A stretch of DNA of 64,000 nucleotides from an uncultured Gammaproteobacteria bacterium (GCA_963783675.1 CAWAOU010000024.1:256295-320294), one strand, 5' to 3'. Shown: positions 1 through 9,966, numbered from the stretch's first letter. Program-made: numbers and translations. Notes: generated by a model from the sequence alone, not told the origin.

Positions 1-585
1 GGAGGCGTCTTCGCTGGCGGTGGCAACGATCCGGCCGGCCCCTTCCATCAACATCAGCTTATCGGCACCAAAGGTTTCCCTCAGTTCGGTCAGGCTCAGA
101 GTTGCCAGGCCGGGGCTCACGTTCTCCATTTGCGAGGCCATTCTCTGGGTCTGGCGCAAGGTCTCGCGCATGCGCAGATCCAGAGAAGCCCGCGACAGAT
201 CCAGCGCATCATCCAGTGCCGCTTCGATGCGTACGTCGAACCAGCTGTCGATGCCGCGCTGGAGAAACTGAACCGAGAAGTAGTACACAACCGAAACCGG
301 CACCACCGACAGCACCACGAACAAGGCCACCAGGCGCAGTGTCAGGCGGGCGCCGGCGGTGCGGGCCCGGTACTGAGCAATCAGGCGATAGAGCTGGTAG
401 CCGCTGATGGCAGTCAGAATCAGCAAGCCGATGGCATTGAACAACAGAAGAGCGGAATACAGACGCCCGAATCGGGCCGAGTTCTGCGTTGCGTCGCTCA
501 TGATCATCAAAGAGCCCAGCAACAACGCAAACAGCAGTAACACACCGAGCAGGCCGGACAAGCCGCTTCGCTTTACAGCGACCAT
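1..585 (-). CDS. Sensor histidine kinase, N-terminal membrane part only (NtrY-like by synteny); gene continues beyond the window start
   Basis: Absent from the ORF track because it runs off the window. Hand translation of the minus strand from the ATG at 585-583 gives 195 stop-free codons (MVAVKRSGLSGLLGVLLLFALLLGSLMIM...LRLVALFVVLSVVPVSVVYYFSV...ASEDAS) with three hydrophobic helices. It overlaps the stop of the upstream DUF4390 gene. The + strand ORF 130..540 is its antisense shadow. The order fmt-rsmB-DUF4390-ntrY is recalled from Neisseria and betaproteobacteria; the kinase domain itself is not visible. Confidence 0.55.
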   Translation of the reverse strand, partial: MVAVKRSGLSGLLGVLLLFALLLGSLMIMSDATQNSARFGRLYSALLLFNAIGLLILTAISGYQLYRLIAQYRARTAGARLTLRLVALFVVLSVVPVSVVYYFSVQFLQRGIDSWFDVRIEAALDDALDLSRASLDLRMRETLRQTQRMASQMENVSPGLATLSLTELRETFGADKLMLMEGAGRIVATASEDAS

Positions 586-1145
586 TCGGCCCACTCGCTG
601 CTGATGCGCCATTGGGAGGATAGATAGGCCAGCAGCCTGAGTGGCGCTGGCAGGGACTCGATGTCAAGGATCACACGCATACGGACCAAATATGCTTCGC
701 GTGGATCCAGCAGCGCTCGATCCAGTATCGGCAAGTCGCGGATGTGACCCAGAAACTCAAGCGCCTCCTCTCGCGAACGGAAGCTGTTGCGCTCGTTGGT
801 GTTGAGGTTTGTGACCAGGTAGCGCTGCGTCAGGGACAGGAACTTGAACCGGTAGCGCTGACGAAGGCTGGCGAGGGTGGCGTCCGGCAGCAGGCGACGG
901 GGCTCCCGCACTTCTATCTGGAGCTCGAACACGATGGGTACGCCGTTGGCCAAGGCCTCCAGCGGTTCGGATCCCAATGCGTATTCCAGATCAGCGTTGA
1001 GGCTGTAGACCTCGCCGTCGAGGCGGGTTTCGGCGCCGACAATGCGAACGCTCGGATCGTCCTGGGCGTTGGCCGTACAAGCCAACATGACCCAGGCCAT
1101 CAGCGTCACGGTGGGTGCCGATAGAACACTGAGGCAAGTCAGCAT
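573..1145 (-). CDS. DUF4390-like exported protein
   Basis: Minus ORF 573..1283 trimmed to the internal ATG at 1145, one nt after the rsmB stop. This yields a signal-peptide-like N-terminus, MLTCLSVLSAPTVTLMAWVMLACTANAQ. The position between rsmB and a sensor kinase is typical of DUF4390. Family assignment is from memory of synteny. Confidence 0.55.
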   Translation of the reverse strand: MLTCLSVLSAPTVTLMAWVMLACTANAQDDPSVRIVGAETRLDGEVYSLNADLEYALGSEPLEALANGVPIVFELQIEVREPRRLLPDATLASLRQRYRFKFLSLTQRYLVTNLNTNERNSFRSREEALEFLGHIRDLPILDRALLDPREAYLVRMRVILDIESLPAPLRLLAYLSSQWRISSEWAEWSL

Positions 1146-1146
1146 C

Positions 1147-2511
1147 CTAGACACTGGACGCAACCACGCTTTTCCGCAGTCGGGCGTAAAAGAAGCCGTC
1201 CATATTCGACTCACCCGGCAATATCTGCCGACCGGGACCGCATTCTCGCCCCCAGTCTTCTGCCAGGCAGTCCGCGGTGGCATCGTCGTGATGGTCGAGG
1301 AAAGCGCTCACCAGCTCCGCATTCTCTTCTGGCATGATCGAACAGGTCGCATACAGCAGCAGGCCGCCTGGCGCTAACATCGTCCACGCCTGGCGCAGGA
1401 TCTTGCGTTGGCGGGTGCTCAGTTGGTCGAAATCCGCCTCGCGACGCAGCAGTTTGATGTCGGGATGACGCCGAATCACGCCAGTTGCGGAGCAGGGAAC
1501 ATCCAACAGGATGCGATCGAACAGCTGCCCGTTCCACCAGTGCTCTGGTTTGCCGACATCGGCGACCAAGGTATTGGCACTGCGGCCGAGACGCCGGAGT
1601 GTACCCTTAACCCGTTCCAAGCGATGTGGTTCAAGATCCACGGCCAGCAGTTCGGCCAGGCCCGGTTCCGTCTCAAGCAGGTGGCCGGTTTTGCCTCCCG
1701 GGGCGGCACAGGCGTCCAATACGCGGTGACCCTCTCTAAGCTGCAACAGCGGGGCCGCCAGTTGCGCCCCAGCGTCCTGAACCGAAACCAATCCGGCCGG
1801 GAAACCCGGCAGCTCGGCAACGTCGCATGCCGTTGCCAGCACGAGCGCCGAGGGGACGATCGCATGCGGTTCCGCTGCCAGTCCGGCGCTCGCAAGTTTG
1901 ACCAGGTAGTCCGCGCGGGTCATTCGGTCCAACGCCACCCGCATCGTCATCGGCGGTGGCGCGTTGTTGGCGAGCAGTATGCGCTCATAATCATCCGGCC
2001 AGGCCTCCCGGATGCGGCGATACAGCCAATCGGGATGCGCGTACCGCCCGGCCGGCATGGACGCGGCCTTGTGCAGCAGCGCATCCTTCTCCCGCAGCAA
2101 TGTGCGCAGGATTCCGTTGAGGAACCCTGGGGCCCACCGAGCGCTGATGGCGCCGCGGGCTGCGTCCACGGTAGCGGACACTGCGGCGTGATCCGGTATC
2201 CGGGTGTGGATGATCTGCTCGATTCCGATCAGCCCCAGTGCATGTACCGCCCGGTCACGCCGCCGCAGGGGTTTGTTGACCAACTGTTCGAAAACAGCCT
2301 GCAGCAAGGGTTGCCAACGGATACACCCATAGCTGAGTTGCTGAATCAGTGCGCGGTCCCGCGGTGCCGCCCGAGTCAAAACATCGGGCAATGCCACCGA
2401 CATGGATTGTCCGTCCAGCACCGCGCCAACCACCTGCGCCGCCAGCCAGCGGGCGTCGGGTGGACTTCGTTTGGGTGACGCCCGACTTCGGTTGTCTGAG
2501 CGGATGCTCAT
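1147..2511 (-). CDS. rsmB: 16S rRNA (cytosine967-C5)-methyltransferase RsmB/Sun
   Basis: 454-aa ORF. SAM-binding region VLDACAAPGGKTGHLLE and catalytic region DRILLDVPCSATGVIRRHPDIK. N-terminal NusB-like part. 4-bp ATGA overlap with fmt. Confidence 0.9.
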   Translation of the reverse strand: MSIRSDNRSRASPKRSPPDARWLAAQVVGAVLDGQSMSVALPDVLTRAAPRDRALIQQLSYGCIRWQPLLQAVFEQLVNKPLRRRDRAVHALGLIGIEQIIHTRIPDHAAVSATVDAARGAISARWAPGFLNGILRTLLREKDALLHKAASMPAGRYAHPDWLYRRIREAWPDDYERILLANNAPPPMTMRVALDRMTRADYLVKLASAGLAAEPHAIVPSALVLATACDVAELPGFPAGLVSVQDAGAQLAAPLLQLREGHRVLDACAAPGGKTGHLLETEPGLAELLAVDLEPHRLERVKGTLRRLGRSANTLVADVGKPEHWWNGQLFDRILLDVPCSATGVIRRHPDIKLLRREADFDQLSTRQRKILRQAWTMLAPGGLLLYATCSIMPEENAELVSAFLDHHDDATADCLAEDWGRECGPGRQILPGESNMDGFFYARLRKSVVASSV

Positions 2512-3473
2512 TCGAGAACCGATCCGATCAAACGATGCCCGTTCAGGAACGCCTGGCTGTCGACCGGGCGTTTGCCTGGCAACTGCAGGCGTGTAATCCG
2601 CAGCACGCCCTTGCCGCAGCTCACATCTATGCCCTCGCGTCCCTCCGCCACCACATGCCCCGGCGCCTTGCTTGCGCTCGCTTCCAGCGCTCGGGCGTGC
2701 CAGATTCTCAGGGGTCTTCCGTTGTGCTCACAGAATGCGACTGGCCAGGGATCGAACGCCCTCACCTGCCGCTCGATCTCGACGGCGGGGCGGCGCCAAT
2801 CGATGCGCGCCTCCGCTTTCCCGATCTTTGCCGCATAGCAAGCGCCTTGTTCCGATTGTGCGACGCCCTGAACAGGGCCCCGACTCATATTTTCCAGGAC
2901 GGAAATCAACAATGCCGCGCCGGTGTCCGCCAGAACGTCATGCAGTTCACCGCCGGTCATTTCCGGTCCGATTGGCACCTCCATGCGGCTCAGCACCGGG
3001 CCGGTATCCAGACCCTGGTCCATCTGCATTATGCTGATCCCGCTGGCATCATCGCCCGCCAGCAGGGCTCGCTGAATCGGCGCCGCGCCGCGCCAACGGG
3101 GCAATAGCGAAGCGTGTACGTTGACACAACCGAGGCGTGGGGTCGTTAGCACCGGCTCCGGCAGGATCAAGCCGTAGGCGGCCACCACCATCAGGTCGGC
3201 GTTCAGCGCCTTGAGTGCTGATTGAACGTCTGCACTCCGGAGACTACGCGGTTGTCGAACCTCGAGGCCCAGCGTCTCAGCGGTGGTCTTGACCGGGCAC
3301 ACCCGCGATTTGAGGCCCCGCCCTGCCGGTCTGTCCGGCTGACAGTACACGGCCACCACCGCGTGTCCGGCATGGTTCAGCGCACGCAGTGACGGAACCG
3401 CAAAATCGGGGGTGCCCGCGAACACAATCCGCAGAGGCAGGGCGGTTTTGATCGAAGCCATGGCATGACTCAT
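2508..3473 (-). CDS. fmt: Methionyl-tRNA formyltransferase
   Basis: LRIVFAGTPDFAVPSL N-terminus and the HASLLPRWRGAAPIQRA motif. The track start at 3611 is rejected because that extension reads into a repeat element. ATG at 3473 is used; the ATG at 3461 is an alternative. Confidence 0.9.
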   Translation of the reverse strand: MSHAMASIKTALPLRIVFAGTPDFAVPSLRALNHAGHAVVAVYCQPDRPAGRGLKSRVCPVKTTAETLGLEVRQPRSLRSADVQSALKALNADLMVVAAYGLILPEPVLTTPRLGCVNVHASLLPRWRGAAPIQRALLAGDDASGISIMQMDQGLDTGPVLSRMEVPIGPEMTGGELHDVLADTGAALLISVLENMSRGPVQGVAQSEQGACYAAKIGKAEARIDWRRPAVEIERQVRAFDPWPVAFCEHNGRPLRIWHARALEASASKAPGHVVAEGREGIDVSCGKGVLRITRLQLPGKRPVDSQAFLNGHRLIGSVLE

Positions 3474-3505
3474 TGCTGCAGTCGGAATTGGGTCAGTCTG
3501 TTGGC

Positions 3506-3653
3506 CTAGGGAGCCTGTTGAAAAAGCCTGGGTCGAGTGCGAGGCAAGGCGAAAACGACGGACAAAGCGCAGTTTACACCCAGTAAATGCGCATTTTGAC
3601 GGCGTTTTCAACGCCGTATCGTGCCGAGTGAGGCTTTTTCAACACGCTGCTAG
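3506..3653. repeat. Palindromic MITE/REP-like element, copy A (second copy at 48981..49127)
   Basis: Inverted termini ctagggagcctgttgaaaaagcc (3506-3528) and ggctttttcaacacgctgctag (3632-3653). By hand alignment, 3517-3653 matches 48991-49127 with about 14 mismatches and no gaps over 137 nt. It has no coding potential of its own. Confidence 0.8.
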
Positions 3654-3789
3654 TCTCGGCGCGTAGCGACCCGTTCCTGGCCTGAACTATGCATCGCCGG
3701 GGGCGGACTGAAGGCGTGCTGCCGCGACCGGCACGCAGCGACTCGTCGCCCGCCGCCACGGCGCTTATGCGTCGGGTGGCCGGTTGCGC

Positions 3790-4320
3790 TCATCGCGCCA
3801 CTGCCGAGGTCCGTGATGGCTCCGTTTGCCGCCGTTGCTTTTCGAGTTTTTTGCGAATGCGCTGGCGTCGGAGTGAGGACAAATAGTCCACGAACAACTT
3901 GCCCTCCAGGTGATCCATCTCGTGCTGCACGCAAACGGCCAATAAACCCTGAGCATCCTGTTCAAAGGCTTCTCCTTGGGCGTCCAGAGCGCGAAATCGG
4001 ATTCGGTCGGCCCTCTGCACGGTTTCGTACACCTCCGGCACCGACAAACACCCTTCCTCCATTTCCTCTACGCCTTCCCGCGAGAGGATCTCGGGATTGA
4101 TCAAAGTCAGTGGCTCGTCCTTGTCCTCGGATACGTCAATAACGATGATTCGGCGATGGATGTTGACCTGGGTTGCCGCCAATCCGATACCGGGAGCCTG
4201 GTACATGGTTTCGAACATATCAGCCACGATTCGTCGCACCTCGTCGTCCACCGAAACCACCGGCTTGGCCCGTGTTCTCAGTCGTGGATCCGGGAATTCA
4301 AGAACGTTGAGTATGGACAT
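3790..4320 (-). CDS. def: Peptide deformylase
   Basis: All three PDF motifs are present: [16 protein letters not shown] and HEMDHL. 176 aa. Confidence 0.95.
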   Translation of the reverse strand: MSILNVLEFPDPRLRTRAKPVVSVDDEVRRIVADMFETMYQAPGIGLAATQVNIHRRIIVIDVSEDKDEPLTLINPEILSREGVEEMEEGCLSVPEVYETVQRADRIRFRALDAQGEAFEQDAQGLLAVCVQHEMDHLEGKLFVDYLSSLRRQRIRKKLEKQRRQTEPSRTSAVAR

Positions 4321-4362
4321 AAGCGATTTTTAAACCCGAAAAATCAGAAAAATCCTATTCGT

Positions 4363-4390
4363 TTGACGCGATATTACCGGAAACTATAAA
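4363..4390 (+). promoter_or_regulatory. Candidate sigma70 promoter for the LysM gene
   Basis: TTGACG (4363-4368), 16-nt spacer, TATAAA (4385-4390). It lies in the AT-rich def/LysM divergent intergenic region, about 70 nt upstream of the ATG at 4461. Confidence 0.45.
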
Positions 4391-4460
4391 ACCGTCGCCA
4401 CTGTGCGTTATTTGGCCCGTTCGCTAAAACTGCCGAGAGGCAAATAGGCTCCGAAATAAA

Positions 4461-5669
4461 ATGATTCTCCGAAGCACACCCTGGATTTCATTTACCCTGT
4501 ACTTCGCTCTGTTGAGCGTTCTGGTGGCGGCGATTGGCGGTTGCGCCAGCAAATCGACTCCCGAGTTTGCGACCGATGTCGCTGCCGAGACCGTTGCCAG
4601 GGAGACGGCCGAGGCCGATGCCCGCGAGGCAGCCAAGGACAAGGATTCACCTCCGGCCGGTGTCGCGTCCAGCGATACGCCTTCGTCCCAGCAGGTCACC
4701 GCCACCACCGTGACACTTGCATCGGATCATCCGAATGCCTATACGGTTCAACGGGGTGACACATTATGGGACATTTCGGCCCGCTTCCTCGACGATCCCT
4801 GGCTTTGGCCTGAGGTTTGGTACGTCAATCCCGAGATCGAAAATCCCCATCTGATCTACCCGGGGGATATCATCGAGTTGACAGTGGGCGCTGACGGGCG
4901 CCCTCAGTTGCAACTCCGCCGGGGCCGGGAAACCATAAAGCTGTCTCCCGAGATTCGTTCGACATCGTTGCGCGAGGCGATTCCGCCGCTGCCCTTGTCC
5001 AAGGTCAAGGCCTTCCTCGGCAATTCGGTGGTTCTGGACGACGCAGCCTGGGAAGGACTTCCTTACGTCATTGCCCAGAACGACGGTCTCATGATCAACG
5101 CCGGCGATCGTTTCTACGCCAGCCAATTGGTCGATCCACAACAGTCCTATGGCGTGTTCCGGAAAGATCAGCCGTTTATCGACCCGATGACGGGAGACTA
5201 TCTGGGCACGTCGGGGCTCTATCTGGGCACTGCCGTACTGGACTCGACCGGTGAGTTGGCCACCCTGAGTATGGTCAAGAGCAGTCGTGAAGCGCTGCCC
5301 GGCGATCGTTTGTATCCGGTTCTGGCCGATCTGCCAGAGGCGTTCTACCCGCAGCCGGGTGCCGTCAACGGTCGCATTATTTCCGTTCTGGACGGCGTCT
5401 CGTTGATCGGGTTGTATGCCAATGTGGTGATCAACCGAGGCATTGATGACGGTGTCGAGCCCGGACAGGTGATGGGCATCGTCAAAGCCGGTACGGCGGT
5501 GCTGGACCCCTACGATGACACCAAGGTCCACGTTCTCCCCGGTGAAACCTCTGGGTACCTGATGATTTACAGCGTGTTTGATCGGGTCAGCTACGGTTTG
5601 GTCATGACCGCCACCAGGACCATGCGGATAAATGACCTGGTGGTACCGCCCAGCGAGGCCCGGCGCTAG
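4461..5669 (+). CDS. LysM peptidoglycan-binding protein (TsaP-like by position)
   Basis: N-terminal signal or lipobox-like LLSVLVAAIGGCAS. LysM motif YTVQRGDTLWDISARFL...PHLIYPGDIIEL. The conserved location between def and dprA matches that recalled for TsaP in Neisseria and Pseudomonas. Confidence 0.8.
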   Translation: MILRSTPWISFTLYFALLSVLVAAIGGCASKSTPEFATDVAAETVARETAEADAREAAKDKDSPPAGVASSDTPSSQQVTATTVTLASDHPNAYTVQRGDTLWDISARFLDDPWLWPEVWYVNPEIENPHLIYPGDIIELTVGADGRPQLQLRRGRETIKLSPEIRSTSLREAIPPLPLSKVKAFLGNSVVLDDAAWEGLPYVIAQNDGLMINAGDRFYASQLVDPQQSYGVFRKDQPFIDPMTGDYLGTSGLYLGTAVLDSTGELATLSMVKSSREALPGDRLYPVLADLPEAFYPQPGAVNGRIISVLDGVSLIGLYANVVINRGIDDGVEPGQVMGIVKAGTAVLDPYDDTKVHVLPGETSGYLMIYSVFDRVSYGLVMTATRTMRINDLVVPPSEARR

Positions 5670-5736
5670 GGTCTATAACCTGACCGGACCTGGCCATGGG
5701 TAGTGACGCCTGGCCAGGTCCGGTCATTGGTTCGAT

Positions 5737-6906
5737 ATGGAACAGCAACACGGCGAGCAGATCAGTCTCACGCCCGCCGACGGAGAAGAGCTGAGATGCC
5801 GACTGGCGCTGTCGCGGGTGCCGCAGGTGGGCCCGGTCGCATTCATGCGGTTGTTGGCACAGTGTGGAGATGCCGGCAGGGTATTGGCGGCCGCTCGTAG
5901 CGCTTTAATCGCCGCCGGGATCTCCGAGGCTGGCATCGCCGGACTGGCTAGACCGGATTGGGATGGCGCCGATGCTGATCTGGTCTGGGCGCAACAGCCC
6001 CGCAATCATCTTGTCCAGATGGGCGATACTCACTACCCGGACCAGCTGCTGCAGATTTCATCACCACCCCCAATCTTGTTTGTAACAGGCAGCCCGGCCC
6101 TCTTGCGGGATCCGCAACTGGCGGTGGTCGGCAGCCGAAATCCCTCGCCGGGCGGTCGCGAGAGCGCCTACGCTTTTTCCGCTCACCTGGCTGGCTATGG
6201 CCTGGTCATCACCAGCGGCCTGGCTTTGGGCGTCGATGCCGAGGCGCACCGGGGCGCCCTCTCCGTAGGGGGCAATACGATCGCCGTCATGGGCACGGGG
6301 CCCGACCGCATCTACCCGGCCAGGCATCGCGATCTGGCCCACCAGATCGCCGATACGGGTGCTCTGGTCAGCGAGTTTCCACTGGGGACGCAGGTGCTGC
6401 CCGGTAACTTCCCTCGCCGGAATCGTCTGATCGCCGGTCTCAGTCTAGGCACCCTGGTGGCCGAAGCCGCGATCGGCAGCGGTTCCTTGATCACTGCACG
6501 CCACGCAGCCGCGCAGGGCCGGGAAGTGTTCGCGATTCCGGGCTCGATCCACAATCCGATGGCGCGAGGTTCTCATGCCTTGATTCGTGAAGGGGCAAAA
6601 CTGGTGGAGACCGCGGATCATGTCATGGAAGAGCTTGCCGATGTGGTTCGAGGTCTGATTTCTCCCGTGGCGAAGCATGATGAGAATCCGGTGGACAGAG
6701 AAGGCCTCACCGCTCCGATATCCGAACACACATGGCTATTGGATTTGATGGGTTACGATCCCGTCAGCGTGGACACGATGGTGGCGCGCTCGCGATTGAC
6801 GGCTGCCGAGGTTTCCTCCATCCTCCTGATCATGGAACTGCAAGGCCTTGTGGCTTCTACCCCCGGGGGCTTTTATTTGCGTACCGGCCAAGAGAGTCCC
6901 CGATGA
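5737..6906 (+). CDS. dprA: DNA-processing protein DprA (Smf)
   Basis: AVVGSRNPSPGG, GLALGVDAEAHRGAL and FPRRNRLIAGLS motifs. C-terminal winged-helix-like tail. Confidence 0.9.
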   Translation: MEQQHGEQISLTPADGEELRCRLALSRVPQVGPVAFMRLLAQCGDAGRVLAAARSALIAAGISEAGIAGLARPDWDGADADLVWAQQPRNHLVQMGDTHYPDQLLQISSPPPILFVTGSPALLRDPQLAVVGSRNPSPGGRESAYAFSAHLAGYGLVITSGLALGVDAEAHRGALSVGGNTIAVMGTGPDRIYPARHRDLAHQIADTGALVSEFPLGTQVLPGNFPRRNRLIAGLSLGTLVAEAAIGSGSLITARHAAAQGREVFAIPGSIHNPMARGSHALIREGAKLVETADHVMEELADVVRGLISPVAKHDENPVDREGLTAPISEHTWLLDLMGYDPVSVDTMVARSRLTAAEVSSILLIMELQGLVASTPGGFYLRTGQESPR

Positions 6907-7382
6907 AGCAAACCGTATTGGACGTGCTCGTGTATTTGTTTCAGAACTACATGAGCGATGAGGGCGAGCCCGAGGCCGACCGCGAGTCTGTTCAGAACGA
7001 GCTGCTGGAAGCGGGCTTTGCTTTCTCGGAAGTGGACAAAGCCCTTGAGTGGCTGGACGAACTGGCGGCGCATCCCGAGAACAATCCCGGATTTCAGCGG
7101 GAAGCAGAACGGTCCTTCCGGGTGTTTGCACCGGACGAATTGCACAAGCTGGACTCCGAAGCGCTGGGTTTTCTCATGGAACTGGAGCGATCCGGGATTC
7201 TGTCCGCAGACACCCGAGAGCTCATCATGGATCGAGCGATGGCCTTGGAGACCGAGGAAATCGACCTGGAAGAGCTGAAATGGGTCATCCTCATGGTTTT
7301 GTTCAATCAGCCTGGCCAGGAAGAGGCCTACGCTTGGATGGAAGACCTTGTGTTTGATGGCTACGGCGTCTATCTGCATTAG
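6903..7382 (+). CDS. smg: Smg (DUF494) protein
   Basis: Track ORF 6732..7382 trimmed to the ATG at 6903, which makes an ATGA overlap with the dprA stop. N-terminus MKQTVLDVLVYLFQNYM is typical of Smg. Sits in the dprA-smg-topA synteny. Confidence 0.85.
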   Translation: MKQTVLDVLVYLFQNYMSDEGEPEADRESVQNELLEAGFAFSEVDKALEWLDELAAHPENNPGFQREAERSFRVFAPDELHKLDSEALGFLMELERSGILSADTRELIMDRAMALETEEIDLEELKWVILMVLFNQPGQEEAYAWMEDLVFDGYGVYLH

Positions 7383-7541
7383 GCCGCCGGGGCGCCGAAC
7401 ATGACCATAGCGGTGTGTTCTTAACCGCCCCTCACGAAACCGATCTGGACAAACCCGGTCCAAATCCGCAAAGATTCCCACGCCTCGAAACCCGAATGCG
7501 CACCCGATCAGTCGGGGCCGCGCCATGGACGACCCTGTGTC

Positions 7542-9860
7542 ATGAGTATGAATCTGGTCATCGTTGAATCGCCGGCGAAGGCCAAGACGATCAAAAAGTA
7601 CCTGGGTGGCGACTTCGAGGTGCTGGCCTCCTATGGCCACGTTCGGGATCTGGTGCCCAAGGAAGGTGCCGTCGATACCGAGCAGGGCTTCCAGATGCAC
7701 TACCAGCCCATCGAGCGGAACGCCAAGCATGTGGATGCCATTCGCAAGGCCATGAAGAAGGCCGATTCACTGTATCTGGCGACGGACCCGGACCGCGAAG
7801 GCGAGGCCATATCCTGGCACACCTACGAGCTGTTGCGCGAAAGCAAGCTGCTGGTGGACAAGCCTGTCCATCGGGTGGTGTTTTACGAAGTGACCCGGGA
7901 TGCAGTGCGCGATGCGGTGGCTCATCCCCGCGAGATTTCCATGGATCTGGTGAATGCGCAGCAGGCGCGCAGGGCATTGGACTACCTGGTGGGTTTCAAT
8001 CTTTCTCCGCTGCTATGGCGAAAGATACGCCGGGGCCTTTCCGCCGGACGGGTTCAAAGCCCGGCCCTGCGTTTGATCGCCGAGCGAGAGGAAGAAATCG
8101 AGAAGTTTGTTCCCCGGGAATACTGGACCATCGATGCTGACGTCACCCAGCACGGACAGGGTTTCGGCGCCAAGCTTAGTCAGTACAGGGACGAGAAGGT
8201 CGAGCAGTTTCGTTTCACCGACGGTGATGGGGCGCTTGAAGCAGAGCGGGCACTGCGCAAAGCCGCCGACGGGCAACTGCGGGTGGACAAGGTCGAGAAA
8301 AAACAGCGGCGCCGGAATCCTGCGGCACCCTTCACCACCTCCACCCTGCAGCAGGAGGCGGTTCGCAAGCTGGGATTCTCAGCCAATCGCGCCATGCGCG
8401 TCGCCCAGCAACTTTACGAAGGCGTGGACATCGGGGGCGGGGCGGTTGGTCTGATCACCTACATGCGTACCGATTCCGTTTCCCTGGCGACCGAAGCCGT
8501 AGCGGACTTGCGTGAAGTCATCTCTCAGCGCTACGGAGCCGATCAGGTACCCGAAGCGCCCCGTGTCTATCGGACCAAGGCCAAGAACGCACAGGAAGCC
8601 CACGAAGCTGTTCGCCCCACCGCAGCTGCGCGTGATCCTGATTCTCTGAAAAGCTATCTGAATGCCGATCAATTCAAGCTCTACAGCCTGATCTGGAAGC
8701 GCACCGTCGCCAGCCAGATGATACATGCCACCCTAGACACGGTAGCGGTTGACCTGAGGGCCGGGGACGTGGGGGTTTTCCGGGCGACCGGTTCCACCAT
8801 CCGCAGCCCCGGCTTCATGGCGGTTTATCGGGAAGGCGTGGACGATGCCAAGAGCGCAGACGACGACCGTCTCTTGCCAGAGATGGAGGAGGGCGACCGG
8901 GTCACGTTGAATGAGATTCACTCGGCGCAGCATTTTACCGAGCCTCCCCCCAGGTTCACCGAGGCCAGCCTGGTGAAAACGCTGGAAGAGTTCGGCATCG
9001 GTCGCCCTTCGACCTATGCCAGTATCATTTCGACCTTGGTGTCCAGGGAGTATGTGGAGCTGGAGAGCCGTCGATTTCGCCCGACGGACGTTGGGCGTAT
9101 TGTCAACGGTTTTTTGACCCAGCACTTTGGTCAATACGTGGACTACGACTTCACCGCGCGTCTGGAAGACGATCTGGACGCTATCTCCCGGGGTGAGCGT
9201 GAGTGGATACCCCTGCTCAGTGGTTTTTGGGAGACCTTCCACAAGCAGGTCGAGGAAAAAAGCACGATTTCCCGCCAGGAAGTCGCCCAGACGCGGGCCA
9301 TTGGACAGGATCCAGAAAGCGGCAAGACGGTGTCGGTTCGAATGGGGCGCTATGGACCATTCGCACAGATCGGATCGCCGGATGAGGAGGAAAAACCGCG
9401 GTTTGCCGGCTTGTTGCCCGGGCAACGTATGGACACCATCACGCTGGATGAGGCAATGGCGTTGTTTCGACTGCCGCGTGACCTGGGCCAGACGGACGAG
9501 GGTGAGGCGGTGACCGCCAACATCGGTCGATTTGGACCCTACGTTCGTTACGGCAGCAAGTACGTCTCCATCGGCGAGGACAACGATCCCTACAGTATCA
9601 CCCTGGAGCAGGCCCTCGCGTTGATCGCGGAAAAAAAGGCGGCCGATGCAGACCGTATCATTCAATCCTTCGACGGCACCAAGATACAGGTGTTGCGGGG
9701 GCGCTACGGACCATACATCACCGACGGAAGCAAGAACGCCAGGATGCCCAAGGATCGGGAGCCTGAGAGCCTGACCCTGGAGGAATGTGAGAAGCTCATC
9801 GCCGAGGCGCCGGACAAGAAGAGCCGTCGCCGCCCGGCCAAGCGCAAGAGCAGCGGCTGA
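7542..9860 (+). CDS. topA: DNA topoisomerase I (type IA)
   Basis: Toprim N-terminus MNLVIVESPAKAKTIKKYLG. Catalytic-Tyr region GLITYMRTDS. The C-terminus carries three GR(Y/F)GP(F/Y) repeats and a basic tail instead of Cys4 zinc ribbons. Confidence 0.95.
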   Translation: MSMNLVIVESPAKAKTIKKYLGGDFEVLASYGHVRDLVPKEGAVDTEQGFQMHYQPIERNAKHVDAIRKAMKKADSLYLATDPDREGEAISWHTYELLRESKLLVDKPVHRVVFYEVTRDAVRDAVAHPREISMDLVNAQQARRALDYLVGFNLSPLLWRKIRRGLSAGRVQSPALRLIAEREEEIEKFVPREYWTIDADVTQHGQGFGAKLSQYRDEKVEQFRFTDGDGALEAERALRKAADGQLRVDKVEKKQRRRNPAAPFTTSTLQQEAVRKLGFSANRAMRVAQQLYEGVDIGGGAVGLITYMRTDSVSLATEAVADLREVISQRYGADQVPEAPRVYRTKAKNAQEAHEAVRPTAAARDPDSLKSYLNADQFKLYSLIWKRTVASQMIHATLDTVAVDLRAGDVGVFRATGSTIRSPGFMAVYREGVDDAKSADDDRLLPEMEEGDRVTLNEIHSAQHFTEPPPRFTEASLVKTLEEFGIGRPSTYASIISTLVSREYVELESRRFRPTDVGRIVNGFLTQHFGQYVDYDFTARLEDDLDAISRGEREWIPLLSGFWETFHKQVEEKSTISRQEVAQTRAIGQDPESGKTVSVRMGRYGPFAQIGSPDEEEKPRFAGLLPGQRMDTITLDEAMALFRLPRDLGQTDEGEAVTANIGRFGPYVRYGSKYVSIGEDNDPYSITLEQALALIAEKKAADADRIIQSFDGTKIQVLRGRYGPYITDGSKNARMPKDREPESLTLEECEKLIAEAPDKKSRRRPAKRKSSG

Positions 9861-9966
9861 ACCCGTTCCGTCAGTCAGGGAGAAACCGCCATCTCGCCAC
9901 GAGTATCGCCCAGCCGTGGTCGGTAAGGGTGGATCAGGGCGGGGCTTGTATGTTTACTGAGCGATC

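Noticed and set aside
1408-2478. 356-aa plus-strand ORF inside rsmB. Comparable shadows include 130..540, 6873..7730, 4764..5531, 47118..48029 and 40618..41496.
   Set aside because: All are antisense or out of frame relative to genes with strong family signatures, and none has motifs of its own.
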